64,000 nt of DNA, taken from the NCBI GenBank assembly GCA_963708165.1, contig OY970187.1, positions 1,002,542-1,066,541 of the forward strand, in the 5' to 3' direction. The notes under the pieces were generated by a model that searched no databases, was not told the DNA's origin, and saw only the letters and a list, made by a program, of their open reading frames with translations. Source of the stretch: Rubricoccaceae bacterium (GTDB taxonomy: Bacteria; Bacteroidota; Rhodothermia; Rhodothermales; Rubricoccaceae). This document shows positions 55,601 through 64,000 of this stretch, one piece after another; the first letter of the stretch is position 1, and every line of letters begins with the position of its first letter. The position numbers and the translations under genes are program-made.

Positions 55601-56051
55601 CCAGCCAGATCCGCGCCTCGTCGGCCAGGCGCTCGTTGCCGCGCACGGTCGCCAACTCGATGGTCTCGCGGAACTTCTGCTCGGCGCCGACCGAGTTGTT
55701 CTGGTAGTAGTACGCCTTGCCGATCAGGAACAGCGCGTCGTCGGCCCACTTCGAGTCGCCTCTGGCGCGAAGCAGTTCGCTGCTCTTGTCGATGGCCTCC
55801 TGGAATCCCGACCCGCGCCCGCCAGAGGCCGAGGGGTAGAGCGAGAGCAGCCGCGTGCGGTCGATGACCTGATCCGGGCGGTCGAGCTGCTGCTCGCCTT
55901 CCTCTAGCACGCGCGAGGCGTTGTAGTAGGCGTTGTAGTACGCGCGGAAGTCGTTGTAGCGGTTTCCGAAGAGCGCGCCACAGCCTGCGAACAGGAAGGC
56001 GGTCCCCAGAAGGGTGGCGGAAAACAGGGCGCGGCGGAGCGCTGGGCGCAT
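52629..56051 (-). CDS. TPR lipoprotein, SprE/PorW-like (type IX secretion), with Pro-rich linker and SPOR-like C-terminus
   Basis: Lipobox FAGC; YNDFRAYYNAYYNA, SKWADDALFLIGKAYYY, F...WGDR.L..NWRRS; C-terminal YRIVVGQF. Confidence 0.7.
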   Translation of the reverse strand: MRPALRRALFSATLLGTAFLFAGCGALFGNRYNDFRAYYNAYYNASRVLEEGEQQLDRPDQVIDRTRLLSLYPSASGGRGSGFQEAIDKSSELLRARGDSKWADDALFLIGKAYYYQNNSVGAEQKFRETIELATVRGNERLADEARIWLGRTLGAAQRYEEGTTILQERLGAAEGNRGDLARIRLVLGELFAREGRYPEAIASLRDGLEDERDSDFAARGWMLLGQVLESDGKYAEATEAYGEVSRRQPPYELAYAAKLNQALVLGLDAGQTPEAIDLIRRMRRDDKNYVHRAEVELAYGRLLAASGETDDALEAMRSVLYDPLMAGGSLRGETHARLAEFYRDTRGDFVRASAHFDTASTALRTSLSPGEAPTRAALLNVRRTAGAFKAYSSVAVRLAEADSLYELGNLDDDAFAARIQAIEAQRLVEYREEQRRLAETRAAQDFGGGSGPVIRGDEGVPGGTTRQGIPGAGVSGVAAANAGGRDLGFLSFRELSSVQANLLNFQRVWGDRGLVPNWRRSAAIESGGVAALVGPGLDPSRSGANTPLGGPTPLDLSPIPRTPAALVTLRSERAALRYEAANSLFFSLARPDSAAALYTLALGDGPAPEVGQQIRFALAEVETARGDTETAEALYRELIEEAPESSLAGSARLRLGMEPTPEAVTIDSTSVAYEAVRSLWREKAYPEAVGGFLALAVDSSRVTVGPRALLAASATYIEWARADGFDVLRPLPDSLLPVGLFPERASAPGTALIPGPPEAPAATEASGAAPRVGAIPQPQTPAAAPESVVPESVVPGKPARTQQSTVPGKPAYTRPERTTPQPAPAPRQVEVPEAPPEPSAPAGRVVRTEGGDLELVPSVSAERREVPLRDRASDEPVRQIDEDEVRTSSQQRVGAPPPAPELGEPTPADSTLTPEALPDREESVLPDPEDAQPLATPDPLAGDPVVPDLETLGSEASGSEAAGSEAPGSVEFVPAADPVSAVPAGPTVADVLALVQTRAPGSAYARTAAALLGGLAPEASGAEVSTAVEQVEEPEIYVQYGFEGTEPLDSALGGFTWRAQRVPDAAAVQIILTDYLARDIRAAAVRDGDGYRIVVGQFETRPDAFGVREDLPAEVQGAGASIVPLVTLRLLSLEDLSSE

Positions 56052-56259
56052 CGATCCGAGAGGCTAGAGAGCAAGAGGGTAGAGATCGCCGGGAGCGCGC
56101 ACCGTGTGGGGGACGCCAAAACTACGCCGCCCGCCTGCGCTCCGAAGGGCACGAACGGCGCACCGCCGCGATGCGTGCCTGGGCCGCTGCGCGGGTTCCG
56201 AGCAAAGCTGCTTCGCTCTCAGCCTCTGGCGCCAGAGGCCGTTCCATTCCCTCCAGACC

Positions 56260-56369
56260 CTCATCCCGACAGGGCCCGTTCGGCTGCGCTCAGGACAGGC
56301 TCCGCGACGCGGCGATCTAGTGTTCCAGAGCTTGGCTGCATGGGATTGCTGCGCTTCGCTCGCAATGAC
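56260..56369. repeat. Second copy of the GTCATTGCGAG-type palindromic element
   Basis: Ends in GCTTCGCTCGCAATGAC; contains TTCGGCTGCGCTCAGGACAGGC. Confidence 0.6.
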
Positions 56370-56467
56370 ACCGGTTTTGTTAGGTCTCTAGAAGCCAGTC
56401 TCAACCTCTGGCGCCAGAGGCACCCGCCAGAGGCCTCTGGCGAGACCTGCCTCTGGCGAGACGCGCG

Positions 56468-57913
56468 CTAAATCCAGTCCTCACCCAGCGTTGTCACGTG
56501 CACCATGTTCGTCTTGCCGACGGCCACCAACGGCAGTCCTGCCGTCACGACGACGTGATCGCCAGAGGCGCCCAGCCCTTCTTCCACCATCTTGCGGTGG
56601 ATCGTGCGGATGCCGTCGTCGGTGTGCTCCTGGAAGGGGATTTTGATCGCCTCGGTCCCCCACGTCAGGCCCATGCGGCCGACGGTCTTCTCGCTGTCCG
56701 TAAACGCGTAAATGGGCATGTCCGGCCGGTGGCTCGCAATCTCGCGAGCGGTGCTGCCGGAGTGCGTGAGGCAGCAGACGGCGCGTGCTTCGATGGCGCC
56801 GGCGAGATGAACGGCCTGGGACGAAATGGCACGGGTGATCTGCGACGCCTCGCCGGTGTCGTCCGTATCCATCGCCGCGCGCCCGCCCAGGCGGCGGCGG
56901 TTGCTCTCGGCCTCGCGCACGATCTCGTCCATGATCTCGACGGCGCGCGTCGGGAATTTGCCCGCGGCGGTCTCGCCCGAGAGCATCACGGCGTCGGTCC
57001 CGTCCAAGACGGCGTTGGCCACGTCGGTCGCCTCGGCGCGTGTCGGGCGCGGGTTTTCCATCATGCTTTCCAGCATCTGCGTGGCCGTGATCACCGGCTT
57101 CGACGCCTGCAGGCACCCGCGGATGAGCTGCTTCTGCACGATGGGCACGCGCTGAATGGGGATCTCGACGCCCAGATCGCCTCTGGCGACCATGATGCCA
57201 TCGGCCGCGCGGAGAACCGCGTCGAAGTTCTCGACCGCCTCTGGCTTCTCCACCTTGGCGATGATGCCGACCGCCTTGCCCTCGGCGCGGATGCGCTGCG
57301 CGAGGTTCTCGATGTCGCGAGCGGTGCGCACGAACGAGAGCGCGATAAACTCCACGTCCTGCGTGAGCCCGAACGCGAGGTCCTCGATGTCCTTGGGCGT
57401 CATGCCCGGCCGCGCCGCCACGATCTGCGGCAGGTTGACGCCCTTGCGCGTCTTGAGGATGCCGCCGATGACGACCTCCGTCACTACGTCCTGGCCGTCC
57501 ACGTCGATGATCTTGAGTTCGATGTTGCCGTCGTCGATCAGGATGCGACCGCCCTGCACGACCTCTTCCGCCATCGCGTCGTAGCTGATGTGCACGCGCT
57601 CGGCGGTACCCATGGCCACAGGCTGCGCCGTGAGCCGGATCGTGTTGCCGGGGTGGATGAGAGCGCCGCCCTCCTCCATCACGCCGAGCCGAATCTTGGG
57701 ACCCTGCAAATCTTGCAGGATGGGCACCACGCGGCCCAGCTTTTTCGCCTCCTCGCGCACCGTCCCGATGCGGCGCTCGTGATCGGCGTGGGTGCCGTGG
57801 GAGAAGTTCATCCGGGCGACATCCATCCCGGCTTTGATCAGCGCGTGGATGGCGTCGCGGTCGTCCGACGCAGGGCCGAGGGTGCAGACGATTTTGGTGC
57901 GGCGAGTCCGCAT
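56468..57913 (-). CDS. pyk: Pyruvate kinase
   Basis: TKIVCTLGPA, RMNFSHG, DLQGPKIR, MVARGDLGVE, ATQMLESM. Confidence 0.98.
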   Translation of the reverse strand: MRTRRTKIVCTLGPASDDRDAIHALIKAGMDVARMNFSHGTHADHERRIGTVREEAKKLGRVVPILQDLQGPKIRLGVMEEGGALIHPGNTIRLTAQPVAMGTAERVHISYDAMAEEVVQGGRILIDDGNIELKIIDVDGQDVVTEVVIGGILKTRKGVNLPQIVAARPGMTPKDIEDLAFGLTQDVEFIALSFVRTARDIENLAQRIRAEGKAVGIIAKVEKPEAVENFDAVLRAADGIMVARGDLGVEIPIQRVPIVQKQLIRGCLQASKPVITATQMLESMMENPRPTRAEATDVANAVLDGTDAVMLSGETAAGKFPTRAVEIMDEIVREAESNRRRLGGRAAMDTDDTGEASQITRAISSQAVHLAGAIEARAVCCLTHSGSTAREIASHRPDMPIYAFTDSEKTVGRMGLTWGTEAIKIPFQEHTDDGIRTIHRKMVEEGLGASGDHVVVTAGLPLVAVGKTNMVHVTTLGEDWI

Positions 57914-58046
57914 GGGCAGAGGGCGTGGGCGAGGAGGGCCCGGAAGCTACGCGCCTGCCCTCCTCTCGTCTGCCCTGATCCGCCTCTGGCGCCAGAGGCC
58001 CGCCCTATCTTCTACCGTCTCGCCAGAGGCTGCGTCTCGCCAGAGG

Positions 58047-58736
58047 CTACTCGACCTTTGCAGCGTCGCCGGTGGCCAAGCCGAGCGCGTTGGTCGTCCA
58101 GTCGTAGCAGAAGCGCGCCAGCTCGGCGCCGCTCTGCAGGCCCAGCTTGCGCTTGACGTTGGCGCGGTAGCTCTCGATGGTCTTGACCGAGAGGCTGAGT
58201 TCCTCGGCGATCTCGCGCGTGGAAAGCCCGCGGCCGATAAAGCGCACCACTTCCGTCTCGCGGTCCGAGAGGTCCTCGACTGGCTTGCGCCCTTCGCCGC
58301 CTTCGATGGTGCGCCGCACCATGTCGTCGGCGAGAGCAGGCGAGACATACAGCTCGCCGCCCAAAATGCGGCGAATCGCAGGCACGATGGCCGCCGGGTC
58401 ACCCTGCTTGGACAGGTAGCCCTGAGCACCTGCGCGGAGGACGCGCTCGGCGTAGTACGCCTCTTGGTGCATCGAGAGGACGAGGATCGGGACGTCTTCG
58501 TTGCGTGCGCGGATGTGCCGGATGAGATCCAGCCCAGACCCTTTCTTCAGCCCGATGTCGACCGTGATAAAGTCGAAGTCTTGCCGGTCGATGAGTTGGA
58601 GCGCGTCGTCCGACGACTCGGCCTCGCCGGTGATGCGAAGGTCGGGCTCCGCGTTGAAGAGCTTTTCCAGGCCGTGCCGGACGATGGAGTGATCGTCGAC
58701 GACGAGAATGCGTATAAACGTGCCAGAGGCAGACAT
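58047..58736 (-). CDS. NarL/LuxR-family response regulator
   Basis: ILVVDDH, VDIGL, VLSMH, LSDRETEV...IAEELSLSVKTIESYR. Confidence 0.94.
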   Translation of the reverse strand: MSASGTFIRILVVDDHSIVRHGLEKLFNAEPDLRITGEAESSDDALQLIDRQDFDFITVDIGLKKGSGLDLIRHIRARNEDVPILVLSMHQEAYYAERVLRAGAQGYLSKQGDPAAIVPAIRRILGGELYVSPALADDMVRRTIEGGEGRKPVEDLSDRETEVVRFIGRGLSTREIAEELSLSVKTIESYRANVKRKLGLQSGAELARFCYDWTTNALGLATGDAAKVE

Positions 58737-58890
58737 GTAGAGGACAGCGGGGGCGCTGTGCAGAGAGGGAAGGATCGTCGCGAACCCCCCGCTCGGGCCT
58801 TGCGACACCGGGAGTATACACATAGTGTATTCCCCCAGATGGGCATGGGGTATTCCTCCCGTACTCTAGAGTTCCCGCCTCCCACCCCGC

Positions 58891-59743
58891 GTGCGCCTCC
58901 TCCATCATCCTCACATATACACTGCCGTACATAGCGTCGGCCCAGCCTCTGGCGCCAGAGGCCGATTCTGTAGCCGTCGCGGACACGTTGCGGCACACCC
59001 GCACGCCGAGCACGTGGGGGACGGTCGCCGTGGCCTCTGGCGCGGTCGCGCTGGGCGTTCTCGAAACCGCGCGACGCACCCAAGACGACAGACGGCTGAC
59101 GGGGCCGTTTGACATCTCCGCCGAGTGGGCATACGCCGACGGCGCCGACAAGCTGGGGCACATGATTTCCTCTGGCGTGCAGGCCGAGGCGTACGCCGCC
59201 GCCTACCAGCTCGCAGGCCACTCCGAGACGAGTGCTGCCACGTGGGGCGCGGCCACATCTTTCGCCTGGATGTTGTATTACGAAGCGTTAGACGGGTATG
59301 GGCGCCGCGAAACCTTCGACCCGACCGACCTCGCGGCCAACGCCGTCGGCGCGGGGCTCGTGGCCGCGCGCGCACATGTCCCAGCCTTAGATGCGGCACG
59401 CCTCAAGATTTCCTACTGGCCCTCTGGCGACAGCTGCGACGCGACCTGCGACTACGGCGGGCAGACCGCGTGGCTCGCCGTCACGCCGCGCGCCCTCGCG
59501 CCAGAAGCCGAGTGGCTGCCGCTGTGGCTGAACGTGGCCGTGGGTTACGGCGTGCGCGAGGGCAGCGTGAGCCGGGGCGGCTTCGACGAAAACCACGTCA
59601 CGCTGGCGCTCGACTTCGAGCCTGCGGGCCTGCCTCTGGCGGGACCGGTCTGGGAGGCGGTGCTCCCGTTCCTGCGGCGCGTGCACCTGCCCGCACCCGG
59701 CGTGCGTCTCACGCCCCGGCCGCGCTTCGTGCTCGCGTACTGA
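58891..59743 (+). CDS. DUF2279/YfiM-like exported protein, apparent frameshift in the signal peptide (~58903)
   Basis: ADKLGH, EALDG, DLAANAVG, DYGGQTAW, WLNVAVGYG; GTG CGC CTC CTC +1 base then IILTYTLPYIASAQ. Confidence 0.7.
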
Positions 59744-59802
59744 GCCTCTGGCGCCGGTCAGGTTTGTCGCCAGAGGCTCGGCGCCAGAGGCTTAGCGGTC
59801 GG

Positions 59803-60372
59803 CTAGCGGTCCAGGCGCATCACGGTCAACTCGGTGCGCACGCCGGGTGCCCCGCCAGAGAGACGCTCCAGCATCGCCTCGGTCTCGGGAAGGGCGCGCC
59901 ACGCGGCCCACTCGGCCACGGATGCAAAGCTGAACTGTGCCTCCACAGACGTGTCGCCCTCGGGCGTGCTCGCCGCCGAAAGCGAGCCCAGGCTTCTGGC
60001 GTCCGCGAGCGCCACGAGAAAGTCCGTTGCGGCGCCAGAGGCAGTGCCCGAGACCTCGAAGCGAACGAGAGCTTGGCGAGCCGGAGCGTTCCAGGCATCG
60101 GGATGCGCCATCGCGGCGCTCGGCTGAGCGTCCGAACTCATCGCATGGGCCAGTAGAATCAGCAGAGACCCGATGCCGTCGTCGTCGCGGAGCGCGCTGA
60201 GACGTACACGCGTGGCCGGATCGACCGTCACCTCGGAGATCGTTTCGATCTCAAACATGTCATCATAGACATCGTCCGTATCGATGATGTCGTCGGTCTC
60301 ACCGGTGGAGGTCTGGGCGGCGGCGCCAGAGGCGAGCGCGAGAAAAAGGGCGAAGAGGAAGAAGCGTGTCAT
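59803..60372 (-). CDS. Exported hypothetical protein
   Basis: Signal peptide MTRFFLFALFLALASGAAAQ; coding-like codon usage. Confidence 0.65.
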   Translation of the reverse strand: MTRFFLFALFLALASGAAAQTSTGETDDIIDTDDVYDDMFEIETISEVTVDPATRVRLSALRDDDGIGSLLILLAHAMSSDAQPSAAMAHPDAWNAPARQALVRFEVSGTASGAATDFLVALADARSLGSLSAASTPEGDTSVEAQFSFASVAEWAAWRALPETEAMLERLSGGAPGVRTELTVMRLDR

Positions 60373-60445
60373 GTGTGGAAAGGAATCATGTGCGCGGGGA
60401 AGACGGCCTCTGGCGGGTGCGCACGGTCGCGCCAGAGGCGAAACG

Positions 60446-62848
60446 TTAGTCGGCGCGGAGCGCGCGAGTGGGAGGTACGCGAGCGGCGCGGGCGGCCTGC
60501 ACGCCGACGACGGCGAGCGCGATGGCGAGCGTGAGCGCGACGGCGCCGACGAACAAGCCAGGGCCGAGCGAGATGCGGTACGCGAAGCCGTCCAGCCAGC
60601 GGCCGACGAGCCAGACCGAGAGCGGGACGGCAATGGCCGCGCCAGCGGCTACCAAGAGCGCGTACTCGCGCGAAAGCAGCGCCACGATCTGCCCGACCGA
60701 CGCGCCCAGCGCGCGCCGCACGCCGATCTCGCGGGTGCGGCGTTGCGCCGTGTACGCGGCCAGGCCGACGAGCCCGAGGCACGCCACCAGCACGGCCACG
60801 AGCGAGAACGCGCCCAGAATGCCCGCCAGGCTGCGCTCGGCTTTGTAGAGGTTGGCGACCGTCTCGTCTAGAAACAGCGGGTCGAACGGCTTCTCGGTGC
60901 CGGTCCGCTCCCACGCCGTTTCCATGTCCGCGAGCGCGGCCGTCATCCGCCCCGGCGCCACCTTCGCGAGGACGTAACGATACGCCTTCGCACGGCCCTC
61001 GTCGTACGGCACGTTTTCCACAAGTATCGCGGGCATAATCTTGTCTCGCATCGACCCGACGTGGAAATCGCGCGCCACGCCGACGACCGTGACCTCTTGC
61101 GAGTGCGCGATCGTCTTGCCCAGCGCGGCCTCTGGCGAGTCCCAGCCCATCTCGCGCACGAGCGCCTCGTTGACGAGCGCAGCCTTTTCGCCCTCGCGGA
61201 GGTCACGCCCAGAGACCAAGCCGAGGCTCAGTGCGTCGACGAGGCCCGGCTCGGCTTCGATGTTGGCGACAACGATGCCTTCATTAGGGTTGTCTTCCTT
61301 TTGCACCTCGAACCAGTTCGAGACCGCGCCTGGATAGCCGTTGGTGGCTACCGCGGCCTGTACGTGGGCGCTCTGGCGCACGCCGTCCAAGAGCGGCTGC
61401 CACGGCACGTCGGCGCCGCGGCCCGACCCCACGGGCAACGAGACGACGGCCTCTGGCGCAAAGCCCAGATCGCTACCGCTCGAAAACGCGATCTGCTGCA
61501 AGACGACGCCCGTGCTCGCCAGAAGCCCGATGGCGACCGCGAACTGAGCCGCCACGAGCGAGCGCCGGAGCACGTTACGCGAAGGGCGGCCGGAGCGCGT
61601 CGCGCCGCCGCGCAACACCGTAGCGGGGTCCAGCCGCGCGAGGACGAACGCGGGATAGGCGCCCGCTAGAAGCCCGACCACGACCGACGCGAGCAGCACC
61701 GCACCGATGAACGCGGCGTCTAGATCCGCCAGCACCAACTCGGTGCCGAAGCCATCGTTGAACGTCGGAAGCGCGAACGCAGCCAGAACTAGCGCCGCCG
61801 CGCCAGAGGCTAGCGTGAGGACCGCGGCTTCGGCGAGAAACTGCATCGCCACGCCTGCGCGGCCTGCGCCGAGCACCTTGCGCACGCCCACTTCGCGCGC
61901 CCGCCGCTCCGCCCGCGCTGTAGCGAGGTTGACGTAGTTGATGAGCCCGAGCAGTAGGATGAGCAGCGCCGCGCCGGAGAACAGCGCGAGGTAGCGCGCG
62001 TTGCCTAGAAACCCTTGGCTGTAGTAAAGATCGCTGTATCGGTAGTCGGTTAGGCCGACGCCGAAGTAACGGGGCGGCTCGTACCCGTCCATGTCCGCGT
62101 GCGCGTGGTACGTGTCTGCGATCGCCACCGCCTGCGCGTCCAGGTCCGCGACTGTAGCCTCTGGCGCGAGGCGAGCGTAGGTCCGCCATGTGGACATAAA
62201 CCACCCGTCTACTTTACGCTGGCTTTCGTCCACGGCCGCCATGGGCAGCACGAGGTCGAACTGAGCGTGCGAGGACCGCGGCGGGTCGCTAACGACTGCA
62301 GCGACAGTCACATTGAGAGTGTCGCCTCGCGATTCTACCGCTAGAAGCTGCCCCATCGCGGGCGCGCCGCCGAAGAAGCGAGCGGCGGCGCTCTCGGTGA
62401 TCACAACGGCTTCTGGCGAGGCCAGCCCCGAGACCGGGTCGCCTTCGAGCGCCGAGAAATCTAGGATCTCGAAAAAGCTCGGTGTCGCATAGAGGGCCTT
62501 CTGCTCCAAGAAAGGAGTTCCACCATAGATGACCGCGACCGTCTCCGCGCCTTGCGACGCTGCGGCCGCAACCTCCACCGCAGGCGCCTCCTCGGCCAAC
62601 CGGAGATGCAAGGGATAAGGCGTCGCCGCTGTCGTGCTCATGTCCTGCCCAAACTTTGACTCTTGCCCCACAATCACGATGCGGTCGGCATCGGCATGGA
62701 AGCGGTCGAACGTCAGCTCCGAGCGGACAAAGAGGCCAATGAGCACGCAGCAGGCCAGCGCGACGGTCAGGCCGATGCCGTTGAGGAGGGCATACCCGGC
62801 ATCGCGCCGGAGCGCGCGGAGGGCGACGAGGAGGTGATGGGACAGCAT
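60446..62848 (-). CDS. ABC transporter permease (double MacB/FtsX type)
   Basis: NYVNLATAR..RRAREVGVRKVLGA, QFAVAI, RTREIGVRRALGAS. Confidence 0.93.
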   Translation of the reverse strand: MLSHHLLVALRALRRDAGYALLNGIGLTVALACCVLIGLFVRSELTFDRFHADADRIVIVGQESKFGQDMSTTAATPYPLHLRLAEEAPAVEVAAAASQGAETVAVIYGGTPFLEQKALYATPSFFEILDFSALEGDPVSGLASPEAVVITESAAARFFGGAPAMGQLLAVESRGDTLNVTVAAVVSDPPRSSHAQFDLVLPMAAVDESQRKVDGWFMSTWRTYARLAPEATVADLDAQAVAIADTYHAHADMDGYEPPRYFGVGLTDYRYSDLYYSQGFLGNARYLALFSGAALLILLLGLINYVNLATARAERRAREVGVRKVLGAGRAGVAMQFLAEAAVLTLASGAAALVLAAFALPTFNDGFGTELVLADLDAAFIGAVLLASVVVGLLAGAYPAFVLARLDPATVLRGGATRSGRPSRNVLRRSLVAAQFAVAIGLLASTGVVLQQIAFSSGSDLGFAPEAVVSLPVGSGRGADVPWQPLLDGVRQSAHVQAAVATNGYPGAVSNWFEVQKEDNPNEGIVVANIEAEPGLVDALSLGLVSGRDLREGEKAALVNEALVREMGWDSPEAALGKTIAHSQEVTVVGVARDFHVGSMRDKIMPAILVENVPYDEGRAKAYRYVLAKVAPGRMTAALADMETAWERTGTEKPFDPLFLDETVANLYKAERSLAGILGAFSLVAVLVACLGLVGLAAYTAQRRTREIGVRRALGASVGQIVALLSREYALLVAAGAAIAVPLSVWLVGRWLDGFAYRISLGPGLFVGAVALTLAIALAVVGVQAARAARVPPTRALRAD

Positions 62849-62902
62849 CGGAGCGAGAGGACAGAAGAAGAGAAAGAGGCCTCTGGCGAGACCCGCGGGC
62901 AG

Positions 62903-63688
62903 CTAGGCGGAGAGGGCCTCTGGCGCCAGAGGCGCACTCACTGAGGCAGCGGTCGCCAGAGGCGCACCCGCCAGAGGCGCGGCGTAGGCGCTCGGCAGCG
63001 CGTGCTCGCTCACGATGCGCCCGTCGAAGAGGTTGACCACGCGCTGCGCGTACTCGGCGTCGGCGGGCGAGTGGGTCACCATCACAATGGTTGTTCCAGC
63101 AGCGTTGAGCTCCGCCAGGAGCTCCATCACGGCCTGCCCGTTGGCGGAGTCCAGGTTGCCCGTCGGCTCGTCCGCCAGGAGCAGGGCCGGACCTGCCACC
63201 ACGGCGCGGGCCACGGCCACGCGCTGCTGCTGGCCGCCCGAGAGTTGCTGCGGGTAGTGGCCGCGGCGGTGCGCCATGCCCACGCGGTCCAGCGCCGCCT
63301 CGGTCCGCTCCTTGCGCTCGGCGCGAGAGGCCTTGAGGTAGAGCAGCGGCAACGCCACGTTTTCCTCGACCGTCAAATCGTCGATGAGGTTGAAGCCCTG
63401 AAACACGAAGCCGAGACCGCCGCGGCGCACGTCGGCACGGCGCTTTTCGGGCAGGTCACCGACTTCGGCACCGTTCAAGAGATACGAGCCTTCGCTGGGC
63501 CGGTCCAGCAAGCCGAGCAGGTTGAGCAGCGTACTCTTGCCGCAGCCCGACGGCCCCATGATGGCGACGAACTCGCCGGGCTGGATCGTGAGCGAGACGC
63601 CGTTGAGCGCCGACGTTTCGACCTCGTCGGTGGTGTAGACCTTGCGGAGGTCGTGGACGGAGACGGCGGGCGTGAGGGAGTCGGTCAT
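62903..63688 (-). CDS. ABC transporter ATP-binding protein (LolD/MacB type)
   Basis: GPSGCGKS, LSGGQQQRVA, LLADEPTGNLD, VTH. Confidence 0.95.
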   Translation of the reverse strand: MTDSLTPAVSVHDLRKVYTTDEVETSALNGVSLTIQPGEFVAIMGPSGCGKSTLLNLLGLLDRPSEGSYLLNGAEVGDLPEKRRADVRRGGLGFVFQGFNLIDDLTVEENVALPLLYLKASRAERKERTEAALDRVGMAHRRGHYPQQLSGGQQQRVAVARAVVAGPALLLADEPTGNLDSANGQAVMELLAELNAAGTTIVMVTHSPADAEYAQRVVNLFDGRIVSEHALPSAYAAPLAGAPLATAASVSAPLAPEALSA

Positions 63689-63772
63689 GGGAACGGGGGA
63701 GAGAGGGAGAAGGCATCGCGCCAGAGGCCTCTGGCGGGGCGGAAAGGTGTGCGCCTCTGGCGCCAGAGGCGG

Positions 63773-64000
63773 CTATTCCAGCTGGAGCACATCGGCGTCG
63801 CCGAACGTGCCGTAGGAGGACGTGACGACGCGCTCGCCCGCGTCCAGGCCGGAGAGTACCTCGACGTGCTGCGGACTCTGGCGGCCCAGCTGCACGGCGC
63901 GGCGCGTGGCCGTGCGGCCGTCCGCGGAGACGACGTAGACATACTGGCCGCCAGTCTCGCGGACGTACTGCCCGGCGGGCAAGAGGCGTGCGGCCTCTGG
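63773..64000 (-). CDS. Efflux periplasmic adaptor (HlyD/MacA-like), C-terminal fragment
   Basis: GGQYVYVV..DG..A.RRAVQLGRQSPQHVEVLSGLDAGERVVTSSY; directly upstream of the ABC ATPase. Confidence 0.85.
   Translation of the reverse strand, partial: PEAARLLPAGQYVRETGGQYVYVVSADGRTATRRAVQLGRQSPQHVEVLSGLDAGERVVTSSYGTFGDADVLQLE

Overview
High-GC bacterial chromosome segment, most likely Rhodothermota (Rubricoccus/Rubrivirga-like). This is inferred from GC content, the secY-map-infA order, a T9SS SprE/PorW-like gene and the long bL17 tail. It carries housekeeping genes (iscS-like, clpX, gluQ, cryptochrome DASH, recO, comEA, glgA/glgC, pfkA, aat, rlmB, lgt, terC), the complete str-S10-spc-alpha ribosomal protein superoperon on the minus strand (27.5-49.8 kb), ftsH, pyk and a MacAB-type ABC exporter. 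I found no rRNA, tRNA, CRISPR array or transposase. The dominant unexplained signal is a hyper-abundant 10-mer, GCCTCTGGCG/CGCCAGAGGC (core GCC-TCT-GGC). I counted 26 perfect copies by eye in the first 5 kb, against <1 expected in the whole window. It occurs on both strands and in all reading frames, and forms two kinds of 18-bp palindromic dimer. It is written into invariant protein motifs through rare synonymous codons, abuts many stop codons, accompanies enlarged ribosomal-operon spacers, and sits at gene lesions. It behaves like a DNA-uptake sequence or HIP1-type genome-wide signal; I know of none described for this lineage. Candidate partners in the window are comEA/recO, a tandem AP2-domain protein preceded by a structured RNA, and a non-cleavable LexA paralog. 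All counts were made by eye, and family assignments come from motif recognition rather than database searches.
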